From: an uncultured archaeon
GTDB taxonomy: Archaea > Thermoplasmatota > Penumbrarchaeia > JASLWR01
NCBI GenBank assembly: GCA_964342815.1
Contig: CAYFHS010000004.1
Location: 1-64,000, forward strand
DNA: 64,000 bases
Direction of reading: 5' to 3'
Shown here: in pieces, positions 10,489 through 18,553 of the stretch
Position numbering within the stretch: position 1 is the stretch's first letter
Layout: each line of letters starts with the position of its first letter
Program-made: the position numbers and the translations under genes
Notes under the pieces: model-generated
What the model saw: only the letters and a program-made list of their open reading frames with translations
What the model was told of the DNA's origin: nothing
The model's database searches: none

Positions 10489-10818
10489 CTACCTTGTTTT
10501 ATTTCTCCTGATCCTCTTCAGAACATGGTGAAATGCCAAAATGGGGTGTCTAGTTAGCATTCGGGGCCCGGCATATCTCATAACCGTTCTTATCCGGTCC
10601 CTCATGGATCCCTTGTAGCAGTGTATCGTACAAATACCGCAGGGGGTTTTCTTCTCCTGGAAGGGACATTTGTCGAGCCGTATATTTGCATATTCAAGCA
10701 GCTCCTTACATTCGGTACACAGTTTTCGCCCGCTCTCGTGATGAGCCCTACAATAGATATTTATCATTACCTCAACAGTTTTCTTTTCGCGCTTCATAAC
10801 GGGGTGCTCGCCTGACAT
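10489..10818 (-). CDS. YgbA / nitrous oxide-stimulated promoter family protein
   Basis: REKKTVEVMINIYC..HH...C..C..LLEYA..RLDKCP....K..C..C..HCY....R..I..VMRYAGPRM pattern. Confidence 0.85.
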   Translation of the reverse strand: MSGEHPVMKREKKTVEVMINIYCRAHHESGRKLCTECKELLEYANIRLDKCPFQEKKTPCGICTIHCYKGSMRDRIRTVMRYAGPRMLTRHPILAFHHVLKRIRRNKTR

Positions 10819-10835
10819 TTAATAGGCCTTTCCTT

Positions 10836-11069
10836 TCAGTTTTTGCTTGCCTTGAAACCGAGTTCGTTCACAGCGGCGATCAATGCTTCGGAAGAGATAG
10901 ACCCCTCCTTTTCGAGAGTAACATCAGCCTTTTTCTCCTTGAGCTTGACCTTGGCCTTTTTGACTCTGGATAAACCTTCCAGCACATTTGTAACTCTCAT
11001 GACGCAGTGATTGCAGCTCATTCCCTCGATATTTATGGTTACTGACGGTTTTTTTCCAAACAATCCCAT
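10836..11069 (-). CDS. Heavy-metal-associated (HMA) domain protein, CopZ-like chaperone
   Basis: GMSCNHC metal-binding motif in a 77-aa protein; AGGTGA RBS. Confidence 0.88.
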   Translation of the reverse strand: MGLFGKKPSVTINIEGMSCNHCVMRVTNVLEGLSRVKKAKVKLKEKKADVTLEKEGSISSEALIAAVNELGFKASKN

Positions 11070-11159
11070 TTGTTCACCTGCGGGTGAATTGCGTTTGAGA
11101 ACGATAAATGTTTTCCTGAAATTGAATTTCCTGAAGACGAGGCAATGTTACTTGGCCGA

Positions 11160-11197
11160 GGGCGATAGTCCCCGAGGAGCGCAGTTTCATGTCTAAC
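11160..11197 (-). repeat. Intergenic GC-rich repeat, copy 1 (attC-like remnant)
   Basis: GGGCGATAGTCCCCGAGGAGCGCA (11160-11183) matches 13830-13853 at 23/24 positions. Followed by GTCTAAC (11191-11197), which fits the RYYYAAC/GTTRRRY core. Confidence 0.6.
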
Positions 11198-11217
11198 GTA
11201 TCCTAACAAATGATTCT

Positions 11218-12252
11218 TTAGATTCTGGGAGTGGGAACTTGTGAAAAAACGTAGTGAATTATGTCCTGAACCTCAAGCTTCAGAGACACTCCTTTGTCAT
11301 TTAATTTCGCCATGTGTAATATCATACCTTTAGAAGTAATTCTTACATCATCAGGAATGACGTAATCTCTATCATCAATTCTTGCTGAGACCATAGAAAT
11401 GTTTAATGCCTTCTTGATATCATTCATTTGAAGATTATGGGTTAGTATCGGAAATTCGCTTATCATGATCATACATTCAACCAGATATATTGGAATATTA
11501 TTTTCGATATATATATCATCGATAATCTCGGGCTTTTCATTAAGTAGTTGATTCATTTGACTAAAAGTATCCTTAATATCCTCATTATCTAATGCCTCTT
11601 TTATACTGCTATAATCTCCCTTATTCGTGGCTGGTTTTAATCTTGATACTTCATTTGCATAATCTGAGATTTGTTTCTTCACTTGTACCTTATTGAGATG
11701 TTGTTCCTTTAGTTTTTGTTTGTAGATCTTTCTTAAATTGTTTGTTTTCGTACTTGAAAGATTGGATACGCACAATGAATTTGGTTTTACTTCTCGCTGT
11801 ATGAGAGAGTCCTTATTTACAATGATATATACTATGGATTTTTCGAGTTTATTAAAGATATCCTTAGCTTTACTTACTAATTCTTGGTCAAACTCATAGT
11901 CTGAATAGCGAACAATTTCGAGTAATTCTACATAATTATCCAAGGCTTCTTCATCTAAATTTAAAGGTATCCCAATTCCCCTTCCAACCCTATTTAAATC
12001 ATATGGAAGGTTTCTGAATGTATTATTATAATTAAGGAGAAATCCATACTTTCGAAAATGCTTTGATAGACCTTGATAGGATATGAAAATGACTCCTTTA
12101 ATATTTTGATTTGGATCTAGCATCGCATATGATTTTTTAAAAATCTCTAGGAGACCTTTTATTTTCATTTTATTTCTATACCAAAGCAGGAATATAATAC
12201 AAAAAATCAAGCCTAGAATAAATCCAATGGAAATTGTGACTTCCATTATCAT
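11218..12252 (-). CDS. Membrane-anchored protein: TM + DUF4129-like domain + MoxR AAA-lid-like C-terminus, no Walker motifs
   Basis: N-terminal hydrophobic helix; LDEEALDNYVELLEIVRYSDYEF (DUF4129-like); ARIDDRDYVIPDDVR...QVPTP (MoxR C-terminal-like). Confidence 0.55.
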   Translation of the reverse strand: MIMEVTISIGFILGLIFCIIFLLWYRNKMKIKGLLEIFKKSYAMLDPNQNIKGVIFISYQGLSKHFRKYGFLLNYNNTFRNLPYDLNRVGRGIGIPLNLDEEALDNYVELLEIVRYSDYEFDQELVSKAKDIFNKLEKSIVYIIVNKDSLIQREVKPNSLCVSNLSSTKTNNLRKIYKQKLKEQHLNKVQVKKQISDYANEVSRLKPATNKGDYSSIKEALDNEDIKDTFSQMNQLLNEKPEIIDDIYIENNIPIYLVECMIMISEFPILTHNLQMNDIKKALNISMVSARIDDRDYVIPDDVRITSKGMILHMAKLNDKGVSLKLEVQDIIHYVFSQVPTPRI

Positions 12253-12314
12253 GTTATCCCCTCAAATTTTAACATACAACGTAAAACATCTTTTATATAT
12301 GTTTTTTTTTCAAA

Positions 12315-12389
12315 TAACAGAGAGATTTTCAAGGAACTCTGTTACTCCCGAGCGTTGGAGGGGGGCGGTAGTCCCCCGAGAAGCGCAAG
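12315..12389 (-). repeat. Intergenic repeat, copy 2: TAACAGAG...CTCTGTTA hairpin plus the shared GC-rich motif
   Basis: Arms at 12315-12322 and 12337-12344. GGGCGGTAGTCCCCCGAGAAGCGCA at 12363-12387 is a variant of the 11160/13830 motif. Confidence 0.55.
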
Positions 12390-12477
12390 TTTTACAGATG
12401 AAAATATTTGATTTTGCTTATTGCTTTTTAAGTTCTCTTTCATAAGCTAAAGGGATCTAAACTAATAAAACTTTCTG

Positions 12478-13584
12478 CTAATCGTCCTGAGATAAATACA
12501 GGTAATTTTCATTCTCTTTGATTTCTACTTTTCCTTTGATATGTCTTTTAAATTGGAGAAGGTTTTTTATTTCATTTCGTTTCTGAATCTGTATAATTTC
12601 GCCATTGGTCTTTGAGATAATTATATAAGGAACCGAGAGAGGAAAATCGATTACTTTAATATCTGAAAAGGGAATGAATACATCCATTTTCATGGATAGT
12701 AACTGCCTTATTGTTTTCCAAGGTATTGAAATACCATTTTCAAATACTTTTACCGACCGTTTAGGCGAGAGGCAGTTTGATAAAAATATGAGAGAAATTA
12801 ATCCAGAAGCACACCCTCCAAAAAGAAACATACAATATACGATAATAAAGGTCGTCATCGATGGTCCCTCTGAAAGAACTGGTTTAAATCTAAAAAGGGA
12901 GATGATGAAAAGATAAAGACAAAAAAGGGAAAAGTTCCCTGAAATTAATGCCACCCCGCCAGATTTTAACCTTTTAATAGGGGAAAATGTTTTTATAATT
13001 TCCTCATAAAGGAGAGCACCCGATTTTTTAAAGGATTTGGATGAATGAACATCTTGAATTCTTTTACTATTTGAAATATCTACTTTTCCTTTGATGTGTC
13101 TTTTAAATTGGAGGATACTCTTAATATCCTTTTGTTTCTGAAGCCGGACAATTTCTCCATTGGTCTTTGAGATAATAATAAAAGGAACCGATGGTGGAAA
13201 GTCGATAACTTCAATATCAGAATGAGGAATGAATACCTCCAATTTCATGAGCAGTAACTGTTTTATTGTCTTCCAAGGTATTGAAATACCATTTTCATAT
13301 ACTTTTATAGATTGTTCTGGGACTAAGAAATATGATAATAATATCAAGGAAGTTATGCTACATCCTAATGCACTAAAAAGAAATATTTCGGTAATAAATA
13401 ATGAGGCTATACCTTCATTAATATTAGAATATTCAAACTTTAAGGTGGACAAAAAAATGCCGAGAAAAGATAGAAAAGCAAGGAGAGTAAACATTATCCC
13501 CAAACTAGTATACTTTAATTTTCGTTCTCTTTTTAGAACAATTTCGTGATATAATAGCATACCTTTTATTTTAGTTTCGTTCAT
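12478..13584 (-). CDS. Hypothetical membrane protein made of two tandem copies of a 2-TM + soluble module
   Basis: VYENGISIPWKTIKQLL...FKRHIKGKVDI and VFENGISIPWKTIRQLL...FKRHIKGKVEI, each preceded by two hydrophobic helices. Confidence 0.75.
   Translation of the reverse strand: MNETKIKGMLLYHEIVLKRERKLKYTSLGIMFTLLAFLSFLGIFLSTLKFEYSNINEGIASLFITEIFLFSALGCSITSLILLSYFLVPEQSIKVYENGISIPWKTIKQLLLMKLEVFIPHSDIEVIDFPPSVPFIIISKTNGEIVRLQKQKDIKSILQFKRHIKGKVDISNSKRIQDVHSSKSFKKSGALLYEEIIKTFSPIKRLKSGGVALISGNFSLFCLYLFIISLFRFKPVLSEGPSMTTFIIVYCMFLFGGCASGLISLIFLSNCLSPKRSVKVFENGISIPWKTIRQLLSMKMDVFIPFSDIKVIDFPLSVPYIIISKTNGEIIQIQKRNEIKNLLQFKRHIKGKVEIKENENYLYLSQDD
12524..13308. repeat. Intragenic direct duplication: about 230-bp conserved blocks at 12524-12753 and 13079-13308 (offset 555 bp)
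   Basis: Visibly similar DNA at both copies, e.g. TCTACTTTTCCTTTGAT and CCAAGGTATTGAAATACCATTTTCA. Confidence 0.9.
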
Positions 13585-13800
13585 ATTTAAAATTCTCCTT
13601 ACCTGCTCGCATCATGCGGCCCATTTTGTGGTGGCGAATTGCTACTCCCGTTTTGTTTTCTCCATATGTCAAGAATTTCATCTTCTATTGTTGATAGAGA
13701 GTTGCTTTAAATAATCCCTTTGGCTGACTTTTTAACTACATTATTGGTTATTTAGATTATCTTTCTAATTTCGATAGGATACTTATGAGTACCTATTTCA

Positions 13801-13941
13801 GCGTGTCCGCTAGGACCGAGCACCGCAGTGGGCGATAGTCCACGAGGAGCGCAAGAGTTGCTAAATCGCTGGAAATGCCTTTTGAAAGTAGTTTCTCGAT
13901 TATATATCCAAGAGAGAAACTTTGCAAATCGTCTGTTATGC
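13801..13941 (-). repeat. Intergenic repeat, copy 3 (degenerate attC-like element)
   Basis: On the minus strand it starts GCATAAC (13941-13935) and contains an AGTTTCTC/GAGAAACT hairpin and the shared motif at 13830-13853. 13802-13818 is the exact 17-bp reverse complement of 15880-15896. Confidence 0.6.
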
Positions 13942-14141
13942 GTAGATCCATTTACGCTTTTTTCCGGCTTTCTGGCCCGATTTGCGGAGTGAGAAAGAAT
14001 CACATTTCCTGTTTACCAGATGGGTTATTATCTAAAAGCGAAGCGTGTATTTTTGTGTCGCTAATACTAATATTTTTTGGGATAATCCAAGTGTATTATG
14101 TGAACGTTTCCCATCTTCTTGTACGAGTTGTCTTCAAAGCA

Positions 14142-14729
14142 TTATGTTGGGCCAGGGTACTTTTGTTGGACATATGAAAGCAGGAACCACCCATTTCTCA
14201 ATGGTAGATTATCAGTAGTGTAGATAAGAGTTCCTGTACTACCCTCGTGTGATTGTACTCGAAGAGATACAGTGATATTCCCATTAAATTTAGTATAATT
14301 ACAAAATACCCACATTTCCCCATTATATTTTGAGTTATTACTATATTGCCACATTTCACTCCCTGCTCTTTTCACAGATCCATTATGGGTGCTCAAATAG
14401 AATTGAGAATATGGGCTACGGCCATTTTTTTCAAGTTCTACACTATTATTACCTTCTATGCACAAACATCTCCCATATTTGGTATTTGTTAAATAATATT
14501 TTGCAGCCCCTCGTGTAATCTTCAGATTTTCTATTATTGGTGACGTCGAGCCATCATCTAATATTGGAATTGGAGTATAAATAATATAAGAGCCATTACC
14601 ATTCGCAACAACATTAATCCCTACATAAAATACGCCTTTGGATTTGGTATCTTGATCCCCGATTATACAACCCATAGACGACAAAGAAAGAGCGAGAACG
14701 ACTAAGACCACAATAGGAAGCTTCTTCAT
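14142..14729 (-). CDS. Hypothetical secreted lipoprotein
   Basis: MKKLPIVVLVVLALSLSSMGC: basic N-terminus, hydrophobic core and lipobox-like Cys. ATG at 14729 preferred over the ORF-track start. Confidence 0.7.
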   Translation of the reverse strand: MKKLPIVVLVVLALSLSSMGCIIGDQDTKSKGVFYVGINVVANGNGSYIIYTPIPILDDGSTSPIIENLKITRGAAKYYLTNTKYGRCLCIEGNNSVELEKNGRSPYSQFYLSTHNGSVKRAGSEMWQYSNNSKYNGEMWVFCNYTKFNGNITVSLRVQSHEGSTGTLIYTTDNLPLRNGWFLLSYVQQKYPGPT

Positions 14730-14829
14730 ATCTTCACCAAGTTGAATAGATAACATATTCGTTCATTTCCTATATATTCTTTCTTTGCAGCGACACAAAA
14801 ATGTAAAAAACCCATCTGGTGATTTAGCA

Positions 14830-14889
14830 ATTACGTATAACTCCCCTATTGACGAACAGAAAGTTCGGAAAAGGGGAGTTATACGTAAT
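14830..14889. repeat. Perfect 18-bp inverted repeat with GTATAAC/GTTATAC cores
   Basis: ATTACGTATAACTCCCCT (14830-14847) and AGGGGAGTTATACGTAAT (14872-14889), with an inner GAAC/GTTC stem. Confidence 0.9.
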
Positions 14890-15106
14890 CATGTGGCAAA
14901 ATATTTTGTGAACAGTAGTAATAATGATGTTTTTTTAAAAAAGAAGTTTACATAACTATTTTTCAAGATATGAATACTTGGATTGAATCAACGTACTTTG
15001 AAATACGAATACGACAGTTTTATATATTATCTTTTGTATTCTATGCTAAAAAGGATTTGGATCGGAGATAATATCATCTACCCATAAAGTTAAGAATGGT
15101 GACAAA

Positions 15107-15754
15107 ATGGTGTATTCCACCGGTAAAATCATTCGTCTATGCATCGTTATATTACTTACTAATGGCATCCTTTTTCTTCTTTATTTCAGTTTGGGCTGGA
15201 TTGATCATGACGATGAAAAAGAAGAAAAAGTGGAGGATGAACCGCATTATGCTGACCGAAGTTATGGATTCAAAATAATCCACAAAGAAGGGTGGATTTC
15301 TGATAACGGTTCTAACGAGATGTACATGGTCCGATACTATGTCGGACTTCATTCTAGCACTCCGCCAATTGATATTGAAAGTGACCTTACGATTTGTCTC
15401 ACTTGGGTTGATACCAATCCCCAAGGAAATATTAGTGGGGAGACATTTTTAACACATATTAATAACACTTCACCTGATTATAATAATCGATTTAACTACA
15501 CTATTATCGCGGATCCTCATAACTCTTTAGCAAAAAAAGGATTGCTCGATGATGAATCTCAAATCCTTGTCTATTTTGATTTTAGAAATTTAGATAAAAA
15601 TTCACAACCAATGAATAAGAGCTTAAACCCTGGTTCTGAATGCGTTGTTAAGTTTATCCCTGAAAATAAAACACCTACGGTTAGCGCGTTTTGGGTTCCA
15701 AAATCATTCCCTAAAAATGGAGGGTGGGTATATATTGACTGGCAACGTCGATAA
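15107..15754 (+). CDS. Archaellin (archaeal flagellin)-like globular domain with a non-canonical N-terminal anchor
   Basis: TPPIDI..., IIADPHNSL...LLDD, LNPGSECVVKFIPENKTPTV..F.VP resemble the archaellin C-terminal domain (GSPPIDL; IRD.DGS; L.P...V...IPE.GAP...F..P). No class III signal or GIGTLIVF segment. Confidence 0.55.
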   Translation: MVYSTGKIIRLCIVILLTNGILFLLYFSLGWIDHDDEKEEKVEDEPHYADRSYGFKIIHKEGWISDNGSNEMYMVRYYVGLHSSTPPIDIESDLTICLTWVDTNPQGNISGETFLTHINNTSPDYNNRFNYTIIADPHNSLAKKGLLDDESQILVYFDFRNLDKNSQPMNKSLNPGSECVVKFIPENKTPTVSAFWVPKSFPKNGGWVYIDWQRR

Positions 15755-15864
15755 GAAGAAAGAGAATATTTTATCATAGAAGGATGTTAGAAGTAGTAGT
15801 AATAATTATGCAAACTAGAGAGAAATTCACAAAATACATAATCTTTTGCCTCATGACTCTCCGT

Positions 15865-15987
15865 TCCCGTTGGTCACTACGGTCCTAGCGGACACGTATA
15901 ACTTGCAGATTTCAGGCTCTCGGCTGACGCCTCCGCTCCAAATTGCTCCCTATGGTCGCAACTTCGGAAATCTGCGTACCGTTATGC
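15865..15987 (+). mobile_element. attC-like recombination site (core 15896-15987, 92 bp) with an upstream GC-rich repeat module
   Basis: GTATAAC (15896-15902) / GTTATGC (15981-15987) outer arms; GCAGATTTC (15905-15913) / GAAATCTGC (15967-15975) inner arms; asymmetric spacers (2 vs 5 nt); terminal TTGC/GCAA stem. Lies downstream of a same-strand orphan gene. Confidence 0.65.
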
Positions 15988-16250
15988 GATAGTTTCACGA
16001 AGTTTTCATCAGACGAGGCGACCAAAAAAATAACAATCCGGGAGAGTCCAAATCATCTCTACCAAAATCCACTTCCTTCAGTTTAGCGGAATTCCGATGA
16101 ATGTATATCTTACCGTCAATAACGGCTTATTATGCATGACTGCCCTTCCTGTAGATAGTAAACGATCCCACACATTATCAAAATACAGAAGCTTAATTCT
16201 AACACTGAACATAGAAATATTTACTTACTATTAAATCTTTACAGATTGCT

Positions 16251-17015
16251 GTGAAGGAAATGAGTGAAACCAGGTCCTTTGGAGTGATCCAAGGCTTATC
16301 AAGAAAGAAGATCAAGGGGATTCTAAGCCTCAATAATCAAAAGAATTATACTATACATAAAGTATCTCCACTACGGACCCGGGTAATTATGGGAATTGGC
16401 GGTTCCGCAGGTGTGGAGGAGACCTCAAATGAGGCAAGACCCCGTAAATGGCAGGATGATTTAACCAATGTCATTGAAGCAATGGACGTCCCCATAAGAA
16501 TATTTGATGAAATTGGTTTGTTCATCGTTATCGGTTTATTGGCTCTTCTTGGTTTTTTGTTTCTTTGGGTATATATCACAATCCCGCTGTTGTTGTTAAT
16601 ATTGAGCTTTATTACGAATGGATATGCGTGGAAAATGTTGAAGATTTATCTGATGGAGATATATCCCAGTTCCGAAAAGAATTTCGAAAAGCTCGTCAAA
16701 GATATTTATTTAGGGGGCGGTGTAACATCAAAGCACTGGTTGAAAACCTTAAAAAACCATAGCGTCCGTAATCAGCTCCAAAAAATGCGAAAAACCCATA
16801 TCTGGTTCATAAAAGGTCTCAGTGTGACATCGTATAGCTTATTCATTCTTGCACTTATCGTTTCGATATCCAAATTCCTCTCCATCCCTGGAAGTGTGAT
16901 GGAAGTTCTCTGGATGTCTCTGGTGGGTCTCGCAGCAATAAGTTTCCTGTTTTCATCATATATGCTGATACGCCGCAGGAAATTGAAGCGAAATTTGAAA
17001 AGCACTATTTGGTAA
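16251..17015 (+). CDS. Hypothetical membrane protein (about 4 TM)
   Basis: Long ORF with two pairs of hydrophobic helices; no family recognised. Confidence 0.7.
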   Translation: MKEMSETRSFGVIQGLSRKKIKGILSLNNQKNYTIHKVSPLRTRVIMGIGGSAGVEETSNEARPRKWQDDLTNVIEAMDVPIRIFDEIGLFIVIGLLALLGFLFLWVYITIPLLLLILSFITNGYAWKMLKIYLMEIYPSSEKNFEKLVKDIYLGGGVTSKHWLKTLKNHSVRNQLQKMRKTHIWFIKGLSVTSYSLFILALIVSISKFLSIPGSVMEVLWMSLVGLAAISFLFSSYMLIRRRKLKRNLKSTIW

Positions 17016-17203
17016 AAAAGAGGACCTGTCCACCTCTAACTTCCCATTATTGTCCATCTGTATTCATATCGTTTTTCGGGCCATTTCCATCTATTTTCGT
17101 CCCCCTTTTGTAAAATTTCGGATAAACGGCCTGAATTTTTATCGTCATTAACCATTATATCATTAACTTTTTTATAGTGTCGTTGCATCTCACGGGCAGT
17201 TCT

Positions 17204-18553
17204 ATGATAATCATGAAATTCGGTGGTAGTTCCCTTTCCAATGCCGAACGAATAATACGGATATGCGGTATAATCGAGGCGAATCTATCACGAAGACCGG
17301 CAATAGTTCTCTCGGCCATAGAGAATACCACCGACGAGCTATTAGCGGCAGGGCGTGCCGCTTTGATGGGAAAAGTTGACCTTGAAGCCATACGTAGGAT
17401 ACACGAAAAGATCGCCGTGGAGCTTGGTATCGATCCGGATGAAATTCGCGAATTCGCAAAACTATTCGATGAGCTGGAGCATATTCTCATCGGGATTTCA
17501 CTGTTACGCGAATTGACCCCGAAGACCAATGATTATCTTGTATCCTTCGGCGAGCGCCTGGCTGTCAGGCTGATGGTATCGTATTTTGATAAAAAGATCG
17601 CTCCGGCCGCCTTTTATGATTCCTGGGATGTCGGATTTGTTACGGATTCACGATTCACCAATGCAGAACTACTGAGCGAAACCTATGGAAATGTCGCCGC
17701 TTTTTTCAATGGACCGGAAATGGATCGTGCACAGACGCCTTTCGTAACCGGTTTCATAGCGAAGGACAAGGATGGAAATATAACCACACTCGGCCGTGGC
17801 GGAAGCGATATGACCGCCACTGTCATCGGTGCCTCATTGCAGGTTCGTGAGATCCAGTTCTGGAAAGACGTGAACGGCATCATGACCACCGATCCGAGGC
17901 TTGTGAAGAATGCCCGTCCCATTAGATACGTCTCCTTCGATGAGGCTGCGGAACTGGCATATTCCGGCTCGGATATCATGCATCCGCGTTCCATAAATCC
18001 CGTTAAGGAAACCGGGATTCCAGTACGAATAAAAAATTCACATGAGCCGGACCACCCCGGTACGATCATCGTAAGGGAACTACCGGACGATCGAAATCTC
18101 ATTCGCTCGATATCGTGCAAGAGAGGAATCATTTTGGTAGATATAATCTCACCGAGAATGAGGGGGCAGTACGGCTTCATGGCAAAGATATTCGATATAT
18201 TCGGCAGGTACGGAATATCCATCGACCTGGTGGCCACCAGCGAGATCAGCGTGTCGCTGACATTGGATCACAAGGATGAGATCGAAGGTCTCAGGAAGGA
18301 TCTGGAGAAGATCGCTACTGTGAAAATTCTCCGCAATAAAACAATTATCAGCCTCATTGGTGATGTGAAACATTCATCGATTATTCTCGAGCGCGTTTTT
18401 CAGGTTTTGAAAGATAATGAAATAAATGTACAGATGATATCGCAGGGTGCCTCGAAGGTAAATATCAGCTTCATCGTGGATGATGATGAGGCCGAAGATT
18501 CACTGCATGCCATCCACGAGATACTGCTTGAAAGAGAGGGTGGTTTGAAATGA
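17204..18553 (+). CDS. lysC: Aspartate kinase with ACT domains
   Basis: MKFGGSS, SFGERL, TTLGRGGSDMTA, WKDVNGIMTTDPR, ATSEISVSLT, ISQGASKVNISF. Confidence 0.95.
   Translation: MIIMKFGGSSLSNAERIIRICGIIEANLSRRPAIVLSAIENTTDELLAAGRAALMGKVDLEAIRRIHEKIAVELGIDPDEIREFAKLFDELEHILIGISLLRELTPKTNDYLVSFGERLAVRLMVSYFDKKIAPAAFYDSWDVGFVTDSRFTNAELLSETYGNVAAFFNGPEMDRAQTPFVTGFIAKDKDGNITTLGRGGSDMTATVIGASLQVREIQFWKDVNGIMTTDPRLVKNARPIRYVSFDEAAELAYSGSDIMHPRSINPVKETGIPVRIKNSHEPDHPGTIIVRELPDDRNLIRSISCKRGIILVDIISPRMRGQYGFMAKIFDIFGRYGISIDLVATSEISVSLTLDHKDEIEGLRKDLEKIATVKILRNKTIISLIGDVKHSSIILERVFQVLKDNEINVQMISQGASKVNISFIVDDDEAEDSLHAIHEILLEREGGLK

Noticed and set aside
11070-16250. CRISPR array explaining the recurring intergenic motifs
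   Set aside because: Copies are 1-2.5 kb apart, separated by whole genes, degenerate and in mixed orientation; there is no repeat-spacer periodicity and no cas gene.
17016-17203. Lysine riboswitch upstream of lysC
   Set aside because: Only a short AGAGG/CCTCT hairpin is present; the rest is AT-rich with no multi-stem L-box pattern.
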